From positions 1 through 43,997 of the forward strand of contig CALFSY010000249.1 in the NCBI GenBank assembly GCA_937916365.1: 43,997 nt of DNA, written 5' to 3'. Shown piece by piece: positions 38,023 to 43,997 of the stretch (the first letter of the stretch is position 1; each line of letters opens with the position of its first letter). The DNA comes from an uncultured Jannaschia sp. (lineage in GTDB: Bacteria > Pseudomonadota > Alphaproteobacteria > Rhodobacterales > Rhodobacteraceae). Under the pieces are notes generated by a model. The model was not told the DNA's origin. It was given only the letters and a program-made list of their open reading frames with translations, and ran no database searches. The translations under genes and the position numbers were made by a program.

Positions 38023-39333
38023 TTAGTGATGGTCGGTGCTTAGTTTGCGTTCAAGGTATTGAGAATACTGAGACATTGAATAACAGCATACGAAAAAACA
38101 TAACCCAATAAAAATGAACAATTCCCAATAAACGCCATTCCATTCGATACTGGCCCGAACGGCGGAGGCAACATTAAGGGGGTCAAACAACCCAATAAAC
38201 AACAATAACGTGGTATCTTTGAACAATCCTATAAACGTGCTAACAATACCCGGGATTGAGATTTTCAAAGCCTGCGGCAAGATGATAAGCCGCATGGATT
38301 GTCCATACGTTAACCCCAAACTATCGGCACCTTCATATTGGCCACGGGGTAGGGCCGCCAAGCCGCCGCGAATAACCTCGGCGATATAAGCCGATGAAAA
38401 CAGGGTCACCATAATGACAACCCGCATTATAATATCAAATTCCGTGCCCGGCGGCAAGAAATAATTCAAAAGCAAATAAGCCGTGAAAAGCCAAACAATC
38501 AATGGCACCCCGCGAATAACCTCAATAAAAAAAACGGTGCTCGCGTTGATGATAAACATATTGGATTGACGCCCCAGCGCCAAAGCAATGCCCAACGGTA
38601 GCGATAGAATGATACCGGATATGCCAACAACAAATGATAACATGAACCCGCCGAAATTATCGGATGCCACAGAGACCAAACCAATGGGCACAAGCGTGTT
38701 AAGCGATGTGGCCAAGGCACCTGCGGCAAATATCCAATACAGGATCGGTGCTACAATAGCGGCAATCGTGGCAATCAACGTTCCCATACTATCCGAACCA
38801 TAGGTTAAAATGGCCCATCCAATTACAAAGCCAAACAAAACAACGATCGGCCCCCACAATGTGCCCCCCCATAAAAGAAAGAAAATGATGAATGGGGATA
38901 ATGCCGTGAACCACAGTATCGACCGTGGCAATGTATTGAATAGAACCGGCGTAACGGCGGTAAGAAAAACGATCAACGCCATAATGGGGCGCCAATACAA
39001 CTCTTGCGGATAAAATCCGAACAAGAGTTGATGCCAACGCTCCCCCAAAACCGCCCAACACGCGGCCGAAACACCGTCACCATACAGATTGTCACGAATT
39101 GTGCGGCATTCGGTTAACGACCCCGCATCCCAAATACCGCGGACCATCCACGGCAAAATATGCGACAAGACCGCATAAATTAGGAACAAAGAGGCAAGGG
39201 TTAGGGCCGCATTCACCCACGATGAAAACAAATTTTCCCGCAGCCATTTCATAAGGCCCTGTTGGCTTGGCGGGGGGGATGCCTGGGGCAACATTTCCGT
39301 GCGCACATACGCGGGTGATTTTGGGGCGGTCAT
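38023..39333 (-). CDS. aapM: Amino-acid ABC transporter permease (AapM/BztC type)
   Basis: 436 aa, polytopic, with the polar-amino-acid permease signature (…[14 protein letters not shown]…, …[26 protein letters not shown]…). Confidence 0.88.
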   Translation of the reverse strand: MTAPKSPAYVRTEMLPQASPPPSQQGLMKWLRENLFSSWVNAALTLASLFLIYAVLSHILPWMVRGIWDAGSLTECRTIRDNLYGDGVSAACWAVLGERWHQLLFGFYPQELYWRPIMALIVFLTAVTPVLFNTLPRSILWFTALSPFIIFFLLWGGTLWGPIVVLFGFVIGWAILTYGSDSMGTLIATIAAIVAPILYWIFAAGALATSLNTLVPIGLVSVASDNFGGFMLSFVVGISGIILSLPLGIALALGRQSNMFIINASTVFFIEVIRGVPLIVWLFTAYLLLNYFLPPGTEFDIIMRVVIMVTLFSSAYIAEVIRGGLAALPRGQYEGADSLGLTYGQSMRLIILPQALKISIPGIVSTFIGLFKDTTLLLFIGLFDPLNVASAVRASIEWNGVYWELFIFIGLCFFVCCYSMSQYSQYLERKLSTDHH

Positions 39334-39334
39334 C

Positions 39335-40552
39335 CTAACGCTCCTTCAATTTTACGGACGAATTGTAAACATTCATCGCCCCTGAAATGATGAGAGAAGT
39401 CACAAGATAAAAAATCCCTAACAAAAGCATGCCTTCAAGTTCGCGCCCTGTTTGGTTGACTGTGATCCCCCCTAGGGTAGATCGGGCATCCATGTATCCC
39501 ACGGCAATGCCCAATGATGAATTTTTCGTCAGATTCAAAAACTGCGAAATCAATGGTGGGATAATAACCCGCAACGCTTGGGGTAGGATGATAAGGTTCA
39601 TGGTGCGACTTGGGCGCAGGCCCAAGGCATGTGCGGCCTCGGTCTGACCTTTTGAGACGGCAAGAATACCTGCCCGCACGATTTCGGCAATAAAGGCGCC
39701 CGTATAAAGCGATAGCGCGAACCAAAGGGCAATCAATGGATTGCGAAGCTGTATCCCCCCCGAAAAATTGAATCCGCCCAATGTTGGATAATCAAGTGTG
39801 ACGGGTCGCCCAAGGACGAAATACACCAACAACGTGGGTAAAACCAAAATCGCGATGGATACCGATAAAACCGGCAACTGTTCACCCGTTTTAATTTGTG
39901 TGTGTCTGGCATGGCGCCGATAGGCCCATATGCCGACAAGCGATAAAATAAAAACAAAACCCAGGATCAGCGCCCCATCCCCCCACACTGGCGCGGGGAT
40001 AAAAATGCCACGGTTTGTGATGGCGACACTGTCGAAAAGAATCATTGATGCCTCGGCGTCCGGGCCACGAAAATCGCGCGGTTGCGGGGTGGCCTCGGTC
40101 ATGACGGCGAAGATGATGACGATCCACAACAACAAGGGAATGTTGCGAAACCCCTCCACATAAACGGCCATAAGACGGGCAACCAACCAATTTTTAGAAA
40201 GGCGCAGGAAACCGGCAAAAATGCCTAGGATCGTTGCGGTGATGCAGCCCAGAAATGCAACCAAAAGCGTGTTAAGGATGCCCACAAGTGCCGCGCGGCC
40301 GTGGGTTGAATCGCTGGTATATTCAACCAAACGCTGATTTATGTCATATCCGGCGCGGTTGCCCAGAAACCCAAAATCAATGTCTTTTCCCAATGCGTTC
40401 AAATTATAAACTGTGTTCCCTGCAATTTCCCAGAGACCCAACATGATAAGGATAAACGCAACGACCTGAATTGTGAGTGATCGGTAACGTGTGTCATAGA
40501 TCAACTGGCTAAGGCGAAACACTTCGGGTGGCGTTTCAGATATGGCTGCCAT
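39335..40552 (-). CDS. aapQ: Amino-acid ABC transporter permease (AapQ/BztB type)
   Basis: It is polytopic, with …FIAEIVRAGILAVSKGQTEAAHALGLRP…IILPQALRVIIPPL…. I chose ATG 40552 (MAAISETPPE…). The ORF-track start is 40603. Confidence 0.88.
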   Translation of the reverse strand: MAAISETPPEVFRLSQLIYDTRYRSLTIQVVAFILIMLGLWEIAGNTVYNLNALGKDIDFGFLGNRAGYDINQRLVEYTSDSTHGRAALVGILNTLLVAFLGCITATILGIFAGFLRLSKNWLVARLMAVYVEGFRNIPLLLWIVIIFAVMTEATPQPRDFRGPDAEASMILFDSVAITNRGIFIPAPVWGDGALILGFVFILSLVGIWAYRRHARHTQIKTGEQLPVLSVSIAILVLPTLLVYFVLGRPVTLDYPTLGGFNFSGGIQLRNPLIALWFALSLYTGAFIAEIVRAGILAVSKGQTEAAHALGLRPSRTMNLIILPQALRVIIPPLISQFLNLTKNSSLGIAVGYMDARSTLGGITVNQTGRELEGMLLLGIFYLVTSLIISGAMNVYNSSVKLKER

Positions 40553-40658
40553 AAATGTTTTCCTTGGTTCAGGGTGCGTTAAGGGCGGGCCCGTGTGCAG
40601 CAAATTCTACGAAAAGATGCGAAAAATCTGGGGGTCATATAACCCTATAGCCGGATGG

Positions 40659-40692
40659 AAAAAGGGCGCGGGTATGTGTATGCCCGCGCCCC
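40659..40692 (-). terminator. Rho-independent terminator/attenuator between aapJ and aapQ
   Basis: On the minus strand, GGGCGCGGG pairs with CCCGCGCCC (9-bp GC stem, plus-strand coordinates 40664-40672 and 40683-40691) around a 10-nt loop. TTTTT follows (plus-strand A run 40659-40663). It lies 14 nt after the aapJ stop. Confidence 0.6.
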
Positions 40693-40705
40693 GTTTTAAT
40701 TTGCC

Positions 40706-41722
40706 TTACCGGAATGGTGGCGAATACAGCAATCCACCATTGGTCCATTGGTCATTGAGACCGCGGGCCAGACCAATCGGTGTTTCAACGCCGATGTTGC
40801 TTTCAAAAATTTCGCCATAATTGCCGCCCGCCGCAATCGCGTGGACCGCCCAATCGGCGTCAAGACCCAACATCGCGCCCAATTCGCCCTCAGACCCTAA
40901 CAAACGGTTGATTTCTGGGTTGTTGGTGCCGGCCGCCATTTCGGATAAATTTTCCGAGGTCACGCCCAATTCTTCGGCCGAGATCAGCGCATTCAATGTC
41001 CACCGCACGATGTCGCCCCATTGGTTGTCGCCGTGCCGGACAAGCGGGCCAAGTGGTTCTTTTGATACGATTTCGGGCAAAATAACATGCGCATCGGGGT
41101 CTTCAAACGTGGCGCGCGTGGCGGCCAAACCGGATGCATCGGTCGTAAATACGTCGCATGCCTCTGCCAGGTATTGTTGTTGGGCCTCGGCAACGGTTTC
41201 GATCGGAACTGGTTCATAGTTCATGTTGTTTGAGGAAAAGAAATCGGCCAGGTTCAATTCGGTTGTCGTGCCGGTTTGGATGCACACAGTTGCACCATCA
41301 AGTTCCAGCGCCGATGAAACGCCCAAATCCTGCGGCACCATAAACCCTTGCCCATCGTAATAATTCACACCGGCAAATTCGAGGTTCAAATCCACATCAC
41401 GGCTGAACGTCCAGGTCGTGTTGCGCGACAGCATGTCAATTTCACCCGACGACAATGCGGTGAACCGCACCTGATTGGTCACGGGCACAAATTCGACCGC
41501 GGTTGGATCGCCAAATACGGCGGCGGCAACGGCGCGGCACACGGCCACATCGAACCCTTGCCATTCGCCGTCTGCATCGGGTGCGGAAAACCCGGCCAAA
41601 CCGGTGGATACACCACAATTCAGGTGGCCGCGTTCGCGCACCTCGTCAAGTGTTTGCGCAGACGCAAAACCGGCGGTCAGACCGGCCATGGCAAGTGCAC
41701 CAAAAAATACGGATTTTTTCAT
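40706..41722 (-). CDS. aapJ: General L-amino-acid ABC transporter substrate-binding protein (AapJ/BztA type)
   Basis: 338 aa with a signal peptide (MKKSVFFGALAMAGLTAGFASA). It is a family-3 SBP and the first gene of the aap/bzt-type operon. Confidence 0.9.
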   Translation of the reverse strand: MKKSVFFGALAMAGLTAGFASAQTLDEVRERGHLNCGVSTGLAGFSAPDADGEWQGFDVAVCRAVAAAVFGDPTAVEFVPVTNQVRFTALSSGEIDMLSRNTTWTFSRDVDLNLEFAGVNYYDGQGFMVPQDLGVSSALELDGATVCIQTGTTTELNLADFFSSNNMNYEPVPIETVAEAQQQYLAEACDVFTTDASGLAATRATFEDPDAHVILPEIVSKEPLGPLVRHGDNQWGDIVRWTLNALISAEELGVTSENLSEMAAGTNNPEINRLLGSEGELGAMLGLDADWAVHAIAAGGNYGEIFESNIGVETPIGLARGLNDQWTNGGLLYSPPFR

Positions 41723-41888
41723 GTTGACCTCTTTTTAATGGACCGCCCCCCACAGTCGTTTTGGGAAGTCCGATTGGCAAAACAGTAATGGGTGAACAAC
41801 CACAGATTGCTCACATTCCATAATGTGCGCAAATCCATCGCGTTTGGTCAAGGTTATGCAGCATGTTTTTGAAACGGCACCCTAAATA

Positions 41889-41911
41889 TTTTGCCTATTT
41901 ATTAGGCAAAA
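41889..41911 (-). terminator. AT-rich perfect hairpin downstream of the ATP12 gene (candidate terminator, or an operator upstream of aapJ)
   Basis: TTTTGCCTA (41889-41897) pairs with TAGGCAAAA (41903-41911) as a 9-bp stem around a 5-nt loop. On the minus strand it is followed by tattt. It lies 39 nt after the ATP12 stop and about 170 nt upstream of the aapJ ATG. Confidence 0.4.
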
Positions 41912-41949
41912 GCCCAAAATTTCACCACTTTAGCAATATTTTGGGATGC

Positions 41950-42675
41950 TCAAGCGCCTTGATCGGGGTTTGACAGCCGAAAAAATCGACAGGCCGTTAC
42001 AAATTGAGCTTTGCGCGCGCGCATTGCGGTCTCTGCCTCTGTGTCATTGCCCCAATGTTCGATTTGATATTCTTCATCGATTCGGGATAAATCAAAGGCT
42101 ACATCGGGCGTTAACCGCCCGTGTGCGGCGGCTAATCCTAGAATCAAAGAGCCCGCCACCATGACCATATCGCGCAGCGCGGCCAACGGAAATGTATCGG
42201 TTTTATCAATCTGTGCATGTAAATTGCGGATCGCGTTTGGTGGTTGTGTGATGGGTTGCACGCCCGTTGTGGGCAAAAGTTGGGCGTCAAATGCGCCCGC
42301 GGCCCATGTTAATATGGGATCCCACCCGGTTATTTGCCGTTGGGATAATTCCGGCGGATACGCGGCGCGATAACACAAAAGATCCGTTTCGCCATAGGCT
42401 GCCAATTTGGCCGCTACCTCTGCACGGTTTGGGACAATGTGATCGATGGCGATGGTAACCAAACGGGTAATGGGCATGGTGGCGGGGGCGATGGTATCGG
42501 CCTGCGCGGCCCATTCGGCGGCCATTGCATCCGCCATCGCGCGGTTTGGTAATGCCGCCAATGTTTTGCCAGGGGTGTGCACGGGGCGCCCATCAAGATG
42601 CACCTGATACCCATCGCCCACGTTGGCAACCTTAACGTCGGTCCAAAACCGTTTTGCCGCCCATGTTTTTATCAT
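41950..42675 (-). CDS. ATP12 family F1-ATPase assembly chaperone
   Basis: The sequence MIKTWAAKRFWTDVKVANVGDGYQVHLDGRPVHTPGKTLAALPNRAMADAMAAEW… is the ATP12 pattern. ATG 42675 overlaps the stop of the upstream pseudouridine synthase gene (ATGA). Confidence 0.8.
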   Translation of the reverse strand: MIKTWAAKRFWTDVKVANVGDGYQVHLDGRPVHTPGKTLAALPNRAMADAMAAEWAAQADTIAPATMPITRLVTIAIDHIVPNRAEVAAKLAAYGETDLLCYRAAYPPELSQRQITGWDPILTWAAGAFDAQLLPTTGVQPITQPPNAIRNLHAQIDKTDTFPLAALRDMVMVAGSLILGLAAAHGRLTPDVAFDLSRIDEEYQIEHWGNDTEAETAMRARKAQFVTACRFFRLSNPDQGA

Positions 42676-43724
42676 GGCATCGTGGCAAACGGGTTTTCGG
42701 GAGCATCTGTGGGTTGCCATGCAAACGTATTCCAGGTGCGCTGCATATGATCGGGCAGGGCGGCGGTCAACGACAGGGTCGCCCCCGTTACGGGGTGGGG
42801 TAGGATCAATGATCGCGCATGTAGATGTAAATTGCGGCTGACATCCCCACCCAGATGTGCGCCCCAGCCGTTGCCCGGGTTATCCTGTCCCGAACCGCCG
42901 TATTTGCCATCCCCTACAATGGGATGGCCCAGGGCCGCCATGTGCGCCCGCAACTGATGCGTGCGCCCTGTGATCGGGCTTAGCGCGCACCATGACACCC
43001 GCGTGCCCATTGCCGATAACACGATGTAATCTGTGACGGCACGCTTTGCCCCTGGTGTGGTTGCAACGGCATCATAGGGCACAATGCGCATTTTTTCGCC
43101 TGCGCCGGATGCGCCATGCGCCGCTGCTTTGATCAGGCCCAGGCGGATTGTGCCGGCGCGCGGTTTCGGCACACCGGCCACGGCGGCCCAATAGATTTTG
43201 CGCGTGGTGCGTGCCCTGAATGTGGTGGTCAACGCTTGGGCAATGCGTCGATTGCGCGCCAAAAGCAAAACGCCCGATGTATCTTTGTCTAACCGGTGAA
43301 CCAGGCGCGGTTTTTCCTGAGCGCCGTATCGCAAGGCGGCGGCCAATCCATCAATGTGCAGCCGTTGTTTTGATCCGCCCTGCGTTGGTATGCCGGGCGG
43401 TTTGTTCAACGCGATCAGATGATCGTCCTTAAAAATCACCGCTCGCCGGATCATGGCGATGTGTTCATCGGTGATCTGCGCCTCTTTCAGTGGATCGGTG
43501 GGCAAAGACGCCGGTCTATCTGGCAGGGGCGGCACCCGCACGGATTGCCCACTGGTAAGTCGCGTTGCCGCCTTGACCCGCCCACCATCGACGCGAATTT
43601 CACCTTTGCGGCACATCCGTTCAACGCGACCTTGCGTTACATCCGGAAACCGCCGCCGAAACCACCGGTCCAGCCGTTGGTCCGCCTCATCCGCCGTTAT
43701 GGTAAGGATTTGCGCGCCTGTCAT
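42672..43724 (-). CDS. RluA-family 23S rRNA pseudouridine synthase (RluC/RluD-like, with an N-terminal S4 domain)
   Basis: 350 aa. It has an S4-like N-terminus (QRLDRWFRRRFPDVTQGRVERMCRKGEIRVDG) and the catalytic motif HRLDKDTSGVLLLA. Confidence 0.88.
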   Translation of the reverse strand: MTGAQILTITADEADQRLDRWFRRRFPDVTQGRVERMCRKGEIRVDGGRVKAATRLTSGQSVRVPPLPDRPASLPTDPLKEAQITDEHIAMIRRAVIFKDDHLIALNKPPGIPTQGGSKQRLHIDGLAAALRYGAQEKPRLVHRLDKDTSGVLLLARNRRIAQALTTTFRARTTRKIYWAAVAGVPKPRAGTIRLGLIKAAAHGASGAGEKMRIVPYDAVATTPGAKRAVTDYIVLSAMGTRVSWCALSPITGRTHQLRAHMAALGHPIVGDGKYGGSGQDNPGNGWGAHLGGDVSRNLHLHARSLILPHPVTGATLSLTAALPDHMQRTWNTFAWQPTDAPENPFATMP

Positions 43725-43734
43725 GGGAATAAAG

Positions 43735-43997
43735 TCATGCTAAGACCCCGCGCCCCAAAACCATTCCCGCCATTAGCCCACCAATGGATAACCCAACCGA
43801 CGCCGCAATGTACAGTGCCGCGTGCCCAACATCGCCCCGTTCGTAAAGTGTAACAGCCTCTAAAGAAAAGGCAGAAAAGGTTGTGAACCCGCCCAACACG
43901 CCGGTCATCACCAAAGGCGACAAATGGCCAAGCCCCCTGTGCGCCGCGATGACAGCAAACACCCCCATCAAAAATGATCCAACCACATTTACCGTCA
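43735..43997 (-). CDS. crcB: Fluoride channel CrcB/FluC, C-terminal part (start outside the window)
   Basis: The reading frame continues to the window edge (…TVNVVGSFLMGVFA…GVLGGFTTFSAFSLE…). The GGFTTFS motif is diagnostic for CrcB. Confidence 0.85.
   Translation of the reverse strand, partial: TVNVVGSFLMGVFAVIAAHRGLGHLSPLVMTGVLGGFTTFSAFSLEAVTLYERGDVGHAALYIAASVGLSIGGLMAGMVLGRGVLA

Noticed and set aside
1-43997. A search for CRISPR arrays, IS elements or transposases, integrases, phage genes, toxin-antitoxin or defence-system genes, and rRNA or tRNA genes.
   Set aside because: None was seen. Every ORF of at least 100 aa that is not antisense or overlapping is assigned to a housekeeping, photosynthesis, transport or sugar-catabolism family. 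The intergenic spacers are all 262 bp or shorter.

Overview
This is a gene-dense, roughly mid-50s %GC alphaproteobacterial (Rhodobacterales-like) chromosomal window. I saw no CRISPR array, IS or transposase, tRNA or rRNA. In order it holds:

- An MFS transporter fragment, a GNAT gene and an I78-inhibitor lipoprotein gene.
- The rimP-nusA-ylxR-infB operon.
- A compact partial photosynthesis gene cluster: tspO, then divergently bchCXYZ-pufQBALMC.
- pncA, trhO, a glycosyltransferase and an outer-membrane beta-barrel protein.
- Divergent hemE/hemC, with rfbB-rfbD-rfbA packed directly behind hemC.
- A long, translationally coupled galactoside and De Ley-Doudoroff galactose catabolic operon: ABC transporter, GH4 MelA, an SDR, dgoK, dgoA, an SMP-30 lactonase and a GH42 beta-galactosidase.
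- The aapJQMP/bztABCD-type amino-acid ABC operon.
- ATP12, an RluA-family pseudouridine synthase and a crcB fragment.

The main observations are:

1. pufM carries one in-frame TGA exactly where homologues have Trp or another aromatic residue, while every neighbouring photosynthesis gene is intact.
2. The photosynthesis genes form an isolated roughly 10 kb fragment with no adjacent crt, bchF or puh genes, sitting right after infB.
3. Two TGT-N12-ACA (PpsR/CrtJ-type) palindromes lie 8 bp apart over a TTGACA box in front of bchC, and a further single copy lies in the hemE/hemC divergent region.
4. pufA (54 aa) is absent from the ORF track and is followed by an 11-bp intercistronic hairpin.

I found no convincing candidate for a wholly novel multi-gene system. 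The remaining findings are regulatory or structural oddities of modest interest.
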